DNA of 43,576 nucleotides from Oscillospiraceae bacterium (GTDB lineage Bacteria > Bacillota > Clostridia > Oscillospirales > Ruminococcaceae), in contig WRME01000001.1 in NCBI GenBank assembly GCA_009777275.1, positions 1-43,576 of the forward strand, read 5' to 3'. How positions within the stretch are numbered: position 1 is the stretch's first letter; each line of letters starts with the position of its first letter. A program made the position numbers and the translations under genes. Shown here in pieces: positions 17,539 to 26,873 of the stretch. The notes below the pieces were generated by a model. That model had not been told where the DNA came from, searched no databases, and saw only the letters and a program-made list of their open reading frames with translations.

Positions 17539-18069
17539 ATGGAATATTATATTGCCGACCAAACGGTTATCTTTTTCATGTCGATCGCCTTAGGAGCAGG
17601 ACTGGGCGTTGTATACGATGTGTTCAGGATAATGCGTATCGCCGTAAAAACATCTAAGGGAGTAGTCTTTGCTCAGGACATTGTTTTCTTTGTGATTGCA
17701 GCGGCGGCTACCTTTGTCTTTCTCCTGCTAAAGAACGATGGACAGCTGAGAGTGCATATATTAATAGGAGAGTTTTTGGGAGCGGTCATCTATCATCTGA
17801 CGCTCGGAGCCATTGTTGTTCGGACAGCGGGAGCGGTTATAGGCTTTGTAAAAAGGACTGCCAACCTGATATACAGGATATTTATTAGGCCGATTATTAG
17901 AATATTTGTGCTAATACACCAAAAAATCAGTGGTGTTTTTGGTAAGGTTGGAACAAAATTAAAAATATTTTCACAAAATAGCAAAAAACGCTTGAAAAAC
18001 AATGGCGTGTTGTTGTATAATAATATGAAGAGCATAAACAAGAAAAAATTAAGGAATGCTAAAACATGA
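17539..18069 (+). CDS. yabQ: Spore cortex biosynthesis membrane protein YabQ
   Basis: Multi-TM protein with a YDVFRI motif, immediately after yabP. Confidence 0.6.
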   Translation: MEYYIADQTVIFFMSIALGAGLGVVYDVFRIMRIAVKTSKGVVFAQDIVFFVIAAAATFVFLLLKNDGQLRVHILIGEFLGAVIYHLTLGAIVVRTAGAVIGFVKRTANLIYRIFIRPIIRIFVLIHQKISGVFGKVGTKLKIFSQNSKKRLKNNGVLLYNNMKSINKKKLRNAKT

Positions 18070-18326
18070 TGTTCAGAATTGCGATTTTGATATTTGCTTT
18101 ATTAATAGCGGTTGATATAATAAATTCTCAGGTTCGGCTTAGTGATGACAAAGAGCATCTAAGCCAAATCAGGGAACAGATTCAAGCTGAGCAGCAAAAG
18201 AAGATCGAGCTGCAGGAGCTGCTTGAGATACATAATAATCCTGAAACCATCGTTAGGATAGCGCGGGAGCATTTAGGTTATGTTTTTCCCGATGAGCGTG
18301 TATTCATTAATATAACGGGGGAATAG
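18066..18326 (+). CDS. divIC: Septum formation initiator (FtsB/DivIC family)
   Basis: N-terminal TM plus coiled coil (QIREQIQAEQQKKIELQELLE) plus IVRIAREHLGYVFPDE. ATGA overlap with yabQ. Confidence 0.7.
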   Translation: MMFRIAILIFALLIAVDIINSQVRLSDDKEHLSQIREQIQAEQQKKIELQELLEIHNNPETIVRIAREHLGYVFPDERVFINITGE

Positions 18327-18353
18327 TGTCCTTTAGGAGGGTCAAGTTTTTAT

Positions 18354-18746
18354 ATGCAGTTAGAGGTTGGAAAAATTGTTGAGGGAACGGTTACGGGGAT
18401 AACCAATTTTGGTGCGTTTGTCGATATTGACGGAGCAAGGGGAATGGTTCATATTTCCGAAATATCCGCTACATTCGTCAAGGATGTCAGCCAGGTCCTG
18501 GAAGAAGGACAAGCAGTTAAGGTAAAGATTCTCAAGATGGGCGACGACGGTAAGATGAGCCTCTCTATCAAAGCGGCTCAGGCACCCCCTGCTCGAAACG
18601 ATAACTCGGATCGTGAAGACAGAGGACCGCAAACCTTTGAAGACAAGCTTAACAAATTCAAGCAGAGTTCTGAAGAAAAGACCTCCGATCTCAAGCGGCG
18701 AATGGATTCACGGAGAGGTCCTGCGGCAAGACGGGGTCCCAAGTAG
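18354..18746 (+). CDS. yabR: S1 RNA-binding domain protein (YabR-like)
   Basis: GKIVEGTVTGITNFGAFVDIDGARGMVHISEIS is an S1 domain. Basic, disordered tail. Confidence 0.85.
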   Translation: MQLEVGKIVEGTVTGITNFGAFVDIDGARGMVHISEISATFVKDVSQVLEEGQAVKVKILKMGDDGKMSLSIKAAQAPPARNDNSDREDRGPQTFEDKLNKFKQSSEEKTSDLKRRMDSRRGPAARRGPK

Positions 18747-18751
18747 GCATA

Positions 18752-20602
18752 ATGATAGATATAGCAGCGCATCTTAGGGATAATCACGGAATAGATCTGA
18801 GCGATCAGCAAAAAGAGGCGATTCTCTGCGACAAAAAGAGGCTGTTGCTGCTTGCCGTTCCCGGATCGGGCAAGACCACGGTCATAGCGGCACGAATCGC
18901 AAGCCTGATAAACATGGGAGTTCCCGCTGACAGCATACTCACGGTAACATTCGGACGGGAGACGGCGCGGGATATGGCGGCACGGTTTGACAGTCTGTTT
19001 CACGGAATGTTTGACCCTGTTCCCCGGTTTTCGACAATACACAGCTTTTGCTACAGGATGCTGAGAGAATACTGCTCAGAACACGGGGTAGCAATGCCGA
19101 TCGTTATCAGCGGAACAGACGAGCTGTCAGACGACCAAGAAGACCTGCTTAACAATTATATCGATTATGATGATATGCTGTTGGAGACCATAGAGATATT
19201 CACCAAGAACCCCGAGTTTTTAGAAGAGCGCCGCCGCAGATACAGCTACATAAATGTTGATGAAGCTCAGGATGTTTCGCTTGCTCAGCATAAGATAATA
19301 GACACGCTTGCCGCAAACAGCCGTCTTTTCATGGTTGGGGATCAAGACCAGAGCATCTACTCATTCAGGGGCGTCCCCGCCCTCAAGCCTGACCGAGACG
19401 TGATAAAGATAGAGCAGAACTTCCGCTCTGCAGGAGAGATTGTAAAGACCGCCAACAACCTGATCAAGAGCAACAAATACCGCTATAACAAAAATATGTT
19501 TTGCGATAACAATATTCCCGGCTCTGTAAAGGCCGAAAGACCGCTTGATGTTACCGAGCAGTACCAAAGCATCATAGAGTTTATCAAGAGCATACCGCCA
19601 TCCGAGACGATGGCCGTTCTATATCGCAACAATCAGAGTGCAGTTCCGCTCCTGCATCTGCTCAAAAAAAGCGGGATAGATTTTTACATCAAGGAGAACG
19701 AATGCGCTTTTTTCACATCATCGGTCGTTCTTGATATAATATCATATCTGAAGCTGAGCGAGAATCCCGCAAATTTTGCCGCAATCCGCCGAATATCGGA
19801 CAAATTAGGTCTGACAAGACAGATGATAGACGCAATAGGGGAGCATGGCGGCGGGATAGCTGCCATATCTAAGATAGAAAAACTCAGCAGCTTTACAAAA
19901 ATGCGTATGGAGATTCTGTCGGGACAGATAGACAGGCTAAAATACAGATCCCCTCTCGGCGCCGTAAAATACATCGAAAAGCGGTTTGATTACCGAGAAG
20001 ATGACGACAGTAATATACAAAAGCTCGGAATACTCAAGACCTTGGCTAAAGATTGCGGCAGTATCGGCGATTTTCTTGATGCCGTTGACAGCATATGCAC
20101 AGAGATGTCTTCCGCTCGCAATCCGATCGGCTCCGCCGTCACGCTTTCTACGGTACATTCGGCTAAGGGTTTGGAGTATGATCATGTAGCTGTTATAGAT
20201 TTTTATGACGGGATCTTCCCCTGCCAAAACGCCATAGACGAGCTTGAATATGGCAATCTCTGCCCCATGGAGGAGGAGACAAGGGTCTTTTATGTAGCAC
20301 TGACAAGAGCCCGCAAAAGCATTAGAATGATTGCACCCCGATATATCTGGGGACACAAGGCGGCTCCGTCCCGATTTATAAAGACCGCCCTCAAAGGAAT
20401 CAAGGATTCCGCCGCAAGCAGCGATTTTCCCGGGATTCCAAACAATATTATCGGCAAACGGATAACCCACAGTCATTACGGCAGGGGAGTTGTCACCGCC
20501 ATCGATTCTGATGATATTGTATCGGCGGAGTTTGATATGCACGGGGAACGAACAATTTCGCTGGGTCATTGCTTGGCCAACGGGATAGCAAGGCTGATGT
20601 AG
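18752..20602 (+). CDS. UvrD/Rep/PcrA-family SF1 helicase (short form, 616 aa)
   Basis: Walker A AVPGSGKTTV; motif Ia TFGRETARDM; motif II VDEAQD; motif III GDQDQSIYSFRG; NFRS; TVHSAKGLEYDHV; YVALTRARK. C-terminal HYGRGVV Tudor-like tail. Confidence 0.8.
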   Translation: MIDIAAHLRDNHGIDLSDQQKEAILCDKKRLLLLAVPGSGKTTVIAARIASLINMGVPADSILTVTFGRETARDMAARFDSLFHGMFDPVPRFSTIHSFCYRMLREYCSEHGVAMPIVISGTDELSDDQEDLLNNYIDYDDMLLETIEIFTKNPEFLEERRRRYSYINVDEAQDVSLAQHKIIDTLAANSRLFMVGDQDQSIYSFRGVPALKPDRDVIKIEQNFRSAGEIVKTANNLIKSNKYRYNKNMFCDNNIPGSVKAERPLDVTEQYQSIIEFIKSIPPSETMAVLYRNNQSAVPLLHLLKKSGIDFYIKENECAFFTSSVVLDIISYLKLSENPANFAAIRRISDKLGLTRQMIDAIGEHGGGIAAISKIEKLSSFTKMRMEILSGQIDRLKYRSPLGAVKYIEKRFDYREDDDSNIQKLGILKTLAKDCGSIGDFLDAVDSICTEMSSARNPIGSAVTLSTVHSAKGLEYDHVAVIDFYDGIFPCQNAIDELEYGNLCPMEEETRVFYVALTRARKSIRMIAPRYIWGHKAAPSRFIKTALKGIKDSAASSDFPGIPNNIIGKRITHSHYGRGVVTAIDSDDIVSAEFDMHGERTISLGHCLANGIARLM

Positions 20603-20664
20603 CACGCCCCGCCAAAAATATTTTTGAAAAACGACAAATATATACTTATTATATTATCAAAAAT

Positions 20665-20672
20665 GCCGATAT
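20665..20672 (+). promoter_or_regulatory. Sigma-28 (SigD/FliA)-type -10 box upstream of fliD
   Basis: Exact GCCGATAT 44 nt upstream of ATG 20716. The -35 at N15/N16 is only TTAT/CTTA versus consensus TAAA. Confidence 0.4.
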
Positions 20673-20715
20673 TCAATATAGGGTATTTTATTTGCACATC
20701 GAAAGGATGATTTAT

Positions 20716-22749
20716 ATGATAGCTCCGTCATCTATGAATGCCGCCACTTCGGGAAGAATGAGAATGGCAGGATTGGCAAGCGGTTTGGATACACAGGAAA
20801 TCGTAAAGGGTATGACCTCGGGTATACGGGCCAGAATAGCCAAACAAATACAGGCAAAGCAATCTATTGTGTGGAAGATGGACGCATACCGCTCGATCTC
20901 TTCCAAGATGGTTGACTTTAACAACAAGTATTTTTCCTTCTCATCATCCTCCAATCTGCTTAGTAATGCCTTTTACAGAACCATCAACTGGAATTCTACA
21001 GGAGCAAACTCTGATTTGGTTACCGTCTCGGGAAACTCTCCCACAGGCGGCAGTTTGCAGATAACCGATATAGTCAGCACCGCAACCACTGCGAGTTTTG
21101 TCACAACCAAGGATGCGGGAAATACCGTTATAACCGGAAACAGGGATATAAACTTTTCTAACAAAAACGCCTTGGGAACAACCGTGTTCAGAAATATAGG
21201 CGAAGAACCCTCACTAAGGCTGGAACTCAACGGGAGAGTAGCGACCATCAATCTTCCGGACGCTAACGAATACGCCAATCTAAAAGAATACGCAAACGCC
21301 ATTCAGGCTGAGGTTGACAAGGCATTCGGAGCCAACAAGATTATTGTGGGCAAGGATATTGCAAACGGACAGATGTCGGGCAGAATGACATTTGAAACTG
21401 TCGAAAACACCTCTATTCTTGCCATAGCAGGAATGAGCAGCAACCTAGTCGGAACGGCTCTGGGTCTGACCACAGGCGAGGCCAACAGAATCAGAGGCGG
21501 CAGTGATATTGCCGACATACTCTTTGCCGATGGCAAAAAATACGACTTTAAAGCAGGAGATAAGTTTGTTTTTGAGATAAACGGAACCAAGGTAGAGATC
21601 GAACGTGAGTTAGACGAAGACGGAGAACCGCAGAATCTGACACTCAATCAGATTATCGACCGAATAAACCAATCGGGAGCCGGAGTTAGGATACAGTATC
21701 TTGCAACGACAAACCGTTTCAGCGTTACCTCTACCGAGATGGGAGCGGGCGGCAAGGTAGACATAAAAGCCTTTGAGGACGACGAAAATGCCGCTAAGTT
21801 TATCGAGAGCCTGTTTGGTCAAGCGGGTGACGGAACGGACGGAACATATGCTATAAACGAGGGCAAAGATGCTCAGATAGAGATAAAATACGGAACGGGC
21901 GAAACGGCTATAGTAACCCGCTCAACCAACAACTTTTCTTTGGACGGATTCAACATAACCCTTGCTATCGGAGCTGAGGATAGATTTGTAAGAGGAGAAC
22001 CCGATTCTGCTATAAGATTCGAGTCGTCCTCCAATGCCGATGCTATGGTAGAGAGCATAAAATCGCTTGTAGACGAGCTTAATACCATAATACAGCTTGT
22101 AAACAGAGAGGTAGGCACAAGACCCAACCGCAATTATTTCCCTCTCACTGCCGAGCAGAAGAGCGAGATGAAGGATTCCGAGATCGAAGACTGGGAACGT
22201 CAGGCCAAGATAGGTCTGCTGTTCGGAGATTCGACACTGCGCGGTCTTTCAAATGAACTAAGATTCTTGTTCTCACCTCGTTCATCGGGACCCGATCCGA
22301 GACAATTCGGATTCAATGTTTCAACCCTATACGAAGACAACGGAAAGGTTCTTATAGACGAAGAGGCTCTGCGTAAAGCAATCCAAGAAAATCCCGATGG
22401 TTTGCAGGATTTGTTTACAGGCGAAAGAGGCATTATGACCGAACTCAAAGGCGTTGTGGACAAATACGCATCTACTGCAGGGGTGGATTTTGACGCTCCC
22501 TATGCGGCGGGACAGCAGCGAAAAGGATTGCTGATTCTCCAAGCGGGATTAGACGACAGCAGCACGTCAACAAGAAACTTCTTGTATCGTCAATTAACCC
22601 AACTGGATACTGTGATAGAGAGGCTCCAGAGAACTCAGCAGATTCAGGAAGACCGCTATTACAAACAGTTTACGGCGCTTGAAAGACACATGGTAAGGAT
22701 GAATGAACAGAGCAGCTGGATGGCGGGTCAGTTCGGCGGACAAATGTAG
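20716..22749 (+). CDS. fliD: Flagellar filament cap protein FliD
   Basis: N-terminal RMAGLASGLDTQEIVKGM and C-terminal YYKQFTALERHMVRMNEQSSWM are FliD patterns. GAAAGGA at 20701-20707 fits ATG 20716; ATG 20707 is the alternative. The ORF-track start at 20569 overlaps the helicase and is rejected. Confidence 0.85.
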   Translation: MIAPSSMNAATSGRMRMAGLASGLDTQEIVKGMTSGIRARIAKQIQAKQSIVWKMDAYRSISSKMVDFNNKYFSFSSSSNLLSNAFYRTINWNSTGANSDLVTVSGNSPTGGSLQITDIVSTATTASFVTTKDAGNTVITGNRDINFSNKNALGTTVFRNIGEEPSLRLELNGRVATINLPDANEYANLKEYANAIQAEVDKAFGANKIIVGKDIANGQMSGRMTFETVENTSILAIAGMSSNLVGTALGLTTGEANRIRGGSDIADILFADGKKYDFKAGDKFVFEINGTKVEIERELDEDGEPQNLTLNQIIDRINQSGAGVRIQYLATTNRFSVTSTEMGAGGKVDIKAFEDDENAAKFIESLFGQAGDGTDGTYAINEGKDAQIEIKYGTGETAIVTRSTNNFSLDGFNITLAIGAEDRFVRGEPDSAIRFESSSNADAMVESIKSLVDELNTIIQLVNREVGTRPNRNYFPLTAEQKSEMKDSEIEDWERQAKIGLLFGDSTLRGLSNELRFLFSPRSSGPDPRQFGFNVSTLYEDNGKVLIDEEALRKAIQENPDGLQDLFTGERGIMTELKGVVDKYASTAGVDFDAPYAAGQQRKGLLILQAGLDDSSTSTRNFLYRQLTQLDTVIERLQRTQQIQEDRYYKQFTALERHMVRMNEQSSWMAGQFGGQM

Positions 22750-22790
22750 CGGGCAGATTCCGCTAAAAATTAAAAAGAGGTATCAATATT

Positions 22791-23171
22791 ATGTATCAAA
22801 ATCCTTATCAGCAATACAAGGAACAATCTTTTGCTACAATGACACAGGGAGAAATGCTAATTTGTTTGTACGATGAAAGCATTAAACACTTGACAAAAGC
22901 AAAAATATATGGTACAAATAAAGAGTATGAAAAATTCAGTGAGGAAATAGACAGGGTTAAAGAGATCATTACATTCCTCGACCATGTTCTCGACCGTAAG
23001 ATCGAGATAAGCATGAGCCTGACAAAACTGTACGATTATTTCAACTATGAGTTGTCCAGAATCTCGGCCGGACGAAAGGTAGAGCTGATTGACGAACTGA
23101 TACCGCTTATTACCGAGCTGCGGGATACCTGGAAACAGGCGGACAAATTATCGAGAACTCAGGGAGCATAG
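22791..23171 (+). CDS. fliS: Flagellin-specific export chaperone FliS
   Basis: YQQYKEQSFATMTQGEMLICLYDESIKHL; 126 aa; follows fliD. Confidence 0.85.
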   Translation: MYQNPYQQYKEQSFATMTQGEMLICLYDESIKHLTKAKIYGTNKEYEKFSEEIDRVKEIITFLDHVLDRKIEISMSLTKLYDYFNYELSRISAGRKVELIDELIPLITELRDTWKQADKLSRTQGA

Positions 23172-23178
23172 ATGCTAT

Positions 23179-23565
23179 ATGGAACCTAACAAAATTCTTG
23201 ATGAGATTCTTTTGTGTCAAAAGCAAAAATACAACCTGCTCAACCGAATGTTAGATACCACCCGTGAAATGGAAAGGGTATTTAAAGAGGATGAAATGGC
23301 TTTCGGTATGCTCCTCGATATGCGAAAGAGCATTATGGACAGTGTTGACAAGATAAATATACAGACAGCCGAGCTTGCAGACAAACTTCCGGACAAAGAA
23401 AGAGAGGCCGTTCAAGAACACATGGTAACTTCATCTATAGAAGTTCCTATGGGCAGGATCGGCGATATATACAGGTCTAACAAGCAAAACATGGAGCTGC
23501 TCGAACGTATCATCAGCGTGAATAACGCCATAAATAATCAAATCTCGAAGGTTATGAGTGATTAA
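23179..23565 (+). CDS. Hypothetical helical protein in the flagellar locus (possible FliT-like chaperone)
   Basis: 128 aa with helical composition. The call rests on its position after fliS only. Confidence 0.4.
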   Translation: MEPNKILDEILLCQKQKYNLLNRMLDTTREMERVFKEDEMAFGMLLDMRKSIMDSVDKINIQTAELADKLPDKEREAVQEHMVTSSIEVPMGRIGDIYRSNKQNMELLERIISVNNAINNQISKVMSD

Positions 23566-23593
23566 CCAAAACAATAGAAAGGGTGCATTACCT

Positions 23594-24511
23594 ATGTCGT
23601 CAGAATACAGAAATGAGATACTCCTTGAATCGGGAACAAACGAAATAGAGATAATGGAATTTACAATAGCGGGAAATGTTTTCGGTATAAATGTCGCCAA
23701 GGTTCGGGAGATTATGATCCCCATGCCTGTCAAACCCATGCCCCATGCCCATCCAGCAGTGGAGGGTATATTCAAACCGCGCGGTCAGGTGCTGACCGTT
23801 GTCGATCTGCCGCAGTATCTCAATCTCTCTGCGGGCGATCCTGATGACAGGAATCTGTTTATAGTAACCAATTTTAACAAGATGCACGTTGCTTTCAGGG
23901 TTCATTCGGTAGTAGAGATACACAGAATATCATGGGAAGCCATCCAAAAGCCGGATAATATCATCTATGGCGGGGATGAGGGGGTTGCCACAGGTCTTGC
24001 CGAATGTAAAGGCAGACTGGTAACAATTCTCGATTTTGAGAAGATCGTAGCCGAAATATCCCCCACAACAAGCATACAAATGTCCGAGATAGAGGCCTTT
24101 GGCAAACGCAGTCAGGACAATCGTCCCATCATCATATGCGAGGACTCAAACCTGCTCTCAAAGCTTATAATAGAGTGTCTGAACAAGGCGGGATATACTA
24201 ACATAATCAAGTTTGATAACGGGCAGGAAGCATGGGATTATCTTGAGGAAATAGAAAACGATGAAAAGCTGTTTGACAAGGTGTCGCTGATAATCACCGA
24301 TATAGAGATGCCCAAGATGGACGGACACCGCTTGACCAAGCTGATAAAATCTCATGCCCGCATGAAGAACATACCTGTTATCATATTCTCTTCGCTTATA
24401 GACGAGGATATGCGTATCAAGGGCAAGCAGATCGGCGCCGACGAGCAGATGTCCAAACCCGAAATAGGAAACTTAGTATTAACCATAGACAGGCTGATAA
24501 ACAGCTATTGA
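23594..24511 (+). CDS. cheV: Chemotaxis coupling protein CheV (CheW domain + receiver)
   Basis: CheW-like N-terminal half (EIEIMEFTIAGNVFGINVAKVREI). REC C-terminal half (IIICEDS...ITDIEMPKMDG...SK). AAAGGG SD lies ~8 nt before ATG 23594. Confidence 0.85.
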   Translation: MSSEYRNEILLESGTNEIEIMEFTIAGNVFGINVAKVREIMIPMPVKPMPHAHPAVEGIFKPRGQVLTVVDLPQYLNLSAGDPDDRNLFIVTNFNKMHVAFRVHSVVEIHRISWEAIQKPDNIIYGGDEGVATGLAECKGRLVTILDFEKIVAEISPTTSIQMSEIEAFGKRSQDNRPIIICEDSNLLSKLIIECLNKAGYTNIIKFDNGQEAWDYLEEIENDEKLFDKVSLIITDIEMPKMDGHRLTKLIKSHARMKNIPVIIFSSLIDEDMRIKGKQIGADEQMSKPEIGNLVLTIDRLINSY

Positions 24512-24512
24512 T

Positions 24513-25229
24513 ATGGAGGGATGTCCTATTGCGGCGAATCCATCGAAAAATATACATTCGGGGCATCGCAGCCGGATGAGGGCAAAGTTCCTCAAATTTG
24601 GGTTCGAGTATTTTGAACCCCATGAAATCATGGAGCTGCTCACATACTACTCGATTCCGAGACGGGACACAAACGCTCTCGGTCATAAGATAATCAACCA
24701 TTTCGGGTCTATATCGGCGGTCTTTGATGCGCCGTTTCACGAGGTTGAAAAGGTAGCCGGCAAAAGCACGGCTACTCTGTTTAAGATAATAAAAGACCTA
24801 AGACGTATCGAACTGATAGATAGGGATAACAATTCCGACACCCGTGATTTCCGCACACGAATATCAGAGATGCTCGAATCGAGATTCGATGGTCTTACGG
24901 TTGAGCATATGTACGCCATATTGCTCGACAATGCCAGTAATATCGTGAGCTGTGAGAAAATATCAGAGGGTATGAGCGATTTTACCCGCTTAGAGATACG
25001 AAAGTTATATGACCTTACCCTAAAGTACAATGTTGTCAACGTAATATTAGCACACAATCATCCTATGGGGTCGCCTAAGTTTTCACAAACCGACATAAAC
25101 AGCACCAAAAATGCACAGTCGATGCTCCTGAATATGGGTGTTCGGGTTGTTGACCATTTTATATACGCCCGTGGAGCAAACTATTCCATGAGAGAACTCG
25201 GAATTTTAGAAGCGCCTGAGGTGTGGTGA
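24513..25229 (+). CDS. radC: RadC-family JAB/MPN domain protein
   Basis: HRSRMRAKFL...HEIMELLTYYSIPRRDTNALGHKIINHFGS N-terminal HhH part. AHNHPMGSPKFSQTD is the JAMM motif. Confidence 0.85.
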   Translation: MEGCPIAANPSKNIHSGHRSRMRAKFLKFGFEYFEPHEIMELLTYYSIPRRDTNALGHKIINHFGSISAVFDAPFHEVEKVAGKSTATLFKIIKDLRRIELIDRDNNSDTRDFRTRISEMLESRFDGLTVEHMYAILLDNASNIVSCEKISEGMSDFTRLEIRKLYDLTLKYNVVNVILAHNHPMGSPKFSQTDINSTKNAQSMLLNMGVRVVDHFIYARGANYSMRELGILEAPEVW

Positions 25230-25248
25230 CCGAATACGACCACAGAAT

Positions 25249-25274
25249 TTGCGATAGTGTTTGACGGGGTGGTC
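25249..25274. repeat. H7 half-module (ttgcgatagtgtttgacggggtggtc) upstream of the second hicA
   Basis: Identical to the right half of H7 at 27184-27209 and 32117-32142. The left arm (acactcgcaac) is missing. Confidence 0.7.
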
Positions 25275-25302
25275 ATCTGCAGGAATGAGCAGGAGGGAAA
25301 AT

Positions 25303-25551
25303 GTGAATAAACGCAAATTTTTGGAAAAGATATGTAATAACAATAAAAACGTAAATTTTTATGATCTTGTTGCTATTATTGAAGCATTCGGATTTTTTCA
25401 AATACGCACAAAAGGAAGTCACCATATTTTCGCTCGTGATGGTGTGTATGATTTGGTAAACATACAAAATGAAAAAGGCGAAGTAAAACCCTATCAAGTG
25501 ACACAGTTTTTGAAAATAATAGAAAAATTTAATCTCGAATTGGAGGATTAA
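25303..25551 (+). CDS. hicA: HicA-family toxin (second copy)
   Basis: IRTKGSHHIFARDG core and KPYQVTQFLKII tail. AGGAGG at 25291-25296 then 6 nt gives in-frame GTG 25303; ATG 25285 is the alternative. The ORF-track start at 25261 lies in a repeat half-module. Confidence 0.7.
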   Translation: MNKRKFLEKICNNNKNVNFYDLVAIIEAFGFFQIRTKGSHHIFARDGVYDLVNIQNEKGEVKPYQVTQFLKIIEKFNLELED

Positions 25552-25554
25552 AGG

Positions 25555-25773
25555 ATGAACATTTATCATATAAATATTTTTTACAGCAATGATGATGGTG
25601 GATTTATAGCGGATATACCTGATCTGAAATTTTGTTCTGCATTTGGAGAGACTCCCGAAACAGCACTCAAAGAGGTTTTGATAGCACAAAAACTTTGGCT
25701 CGATGTAGCCAAAGAAAGCGGCAGAGAAATACCGCAGCCGAAATACACACCCAATATATACCAAGTAGGATAA
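25555..25773 (+). CDS. hicB: HicB-family antitoxin (short form, no DNA-binding tail)
   Basis: YSNDDGGFIADIPDLKFCSAFGETPETALKEVLIAQKLWLDVAKESGREIPQP is the HicB/UPF0150 fold pattern. 3-nt gap after hicA. Confidence 0.7.
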   Translation: MNIYHINIFYSNDDGGFIADIPDLKFCSAFGETPETALKEVLIAQKLWLDVAKESGREIPQPKYTPNIYQVG

Positions 25774-25781
25774 ATGATGTG

Positions 25782-26855
25782 TTATAAATATTCCGTCATG
25801 CCCTTATCTTTGAGGGCATCGACGATTTTTTTTACCTCTTGCGCCTTATCCTTGGGACAGACCAGGATTGCATCTCCATTCTGCACGACAATGAGATTCT
25901 CCACCCCTATAGTGGTAATAAGAGCGGTTTCGCTGAACAAAATCGTGTTTTCGGTGTCGATGCTGATGTTTTTGCAGCGGATTATGTTCCCATCGCTGTC
26001 GGGAGGGAATATGGCTCCGAGAGCATCCCAGCTGCCGACATCATTCCAGCCTATGTCTGCGGGGATAACATAAACATCATCCGAACGCTCAAGTATGCCG
26101 TAATCAATCGAGATATTCTGCAATTCCGGATATATTTTCTGTATCATGCTGTCTTCACGGTCGGTTCCTATATAGTCATACCATTTTATGATTTTACTGT
26201 ACACACGGGGCAGGAACCGCTGGAAACAGTCGATTATAGTAGAGACTTTCCAGGCAAAGATTCCGCTGTTCCATAGATAATCACCCGAATCCACATAATG
26301 CTTAGCGCGCAGATAGTCGGGTTTTTCGACAAACTCCATAACCTTTAACCCGGCTCCGTATTTATCGCCTTCGCTGTAACGTATATATCCGTATCCCGTT
26401 GCGGCAAAGTGGGGTTTTATGCCTATTGTAACCAGCTTGTTGTCCTTATCGGCAATCTCACAGGCATCTGTGATGGTTTTCTTAAAGGCATCGGTGTCGC
26501 TTATGTGTGCGTCAGACGGGAATACGCACATAATACCATCGCCGAATTGCTTTTTCAGCTTGAGGGCGGTAAGCATGATACAGGGTGCAGTGTTCCGCTG
26601 CATAGGCTCGGTTAATATATTGCGGGCGATACTGTCGTCAAATAAAACCTCTTTTATGCCATCGCTCTGGCTTTGGGTTGTTATGATATATGTGTTGCCG
26701 AAAGGTATGACCCCCTCGCAACGCTTGATGGTCTCGTTTATCATAACATCGTTTCCGGACAGATTCAGGATTTGCTTGGGGCTTTTGCTCCTGCTGAGCG
26801 GCCAAAAGCGTGTACCGCTCCCCCCCGCAAGTATGATTGAAAATATATCACTCAT
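25782..26855 (-). CDS. manC: Mannose-1-phosphate guanylyltransferase
   Basis: ILAGGSGTRFWPLSR nucleotidyl-transferase loop; ~357 aa. GAGGTG SD upstream of ATG 26855. Confidence 0.85.
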   Translation of the reverse strand: MSDIFSIILAGGSGTRFWPLSRSKSPKQILNLSGNDVMINETIKRCEGVIPFGNTYIITTQSQSDGIKEVLFDDSIARNILTEPMQRNTAPCIMLTALKLKKQFGDGIMCVFPSDAHISDTDAFKKTITDACEIADKDNKLVTIGIKPHFAATGYGYIRYSEGDKYGAGLKVMEFVEKPDYLRAKHYVDSGDYLWNSGIFAWKVSTIIDCFQRFLPRVYSKIIKWYDYIGTDREDSMIQKIYPELQNISIDYGILERSDDVYVIPADIGWNDVGSWDALGAIFPPDSDGNIIRCKNISIDTENTILFSETALITTIGVENLIVVQNGDAILVCPKDKAQEVKKIVDALKDKGMTEYL

Positions 26856-26873
26856 GTTGACACCTCACTCGTA

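Noticed and set aside
18752-20602. The UvrD-like helicase as a Gabija/Hachiman-type defence helicase
   Set aside because: There is no adjacent partner nuclease or ATPase gene. It follows yabR in a conserved housekeeping and sporulation context and is immediately followed by the flagellar operon.
20569-20715. ORF-track extended N-termini treated as real starts: fliD 20569, giant gene 321, cheV 23558, msmX 33725, ymdB 37519, tarI/ispD 36509, hicA 13205 and 25261, spoVT 14483, HD gene 39249, wzm 30771
   Set aside because: In each case a downstream in-frame start has a properly spaced SD and/or matches the conserved family N-terminus. The extension overlaps an upstream gene, promoter or repeat module.
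22747-22790. Weak hairpins after fliD (agcgg-N7-ccgct at 22748-22764) and after msmX (ccga-N6-tcgg near 34904-34917) as terminators
   Set aside because: The stems are only 4-5 bp with no following T-tract.
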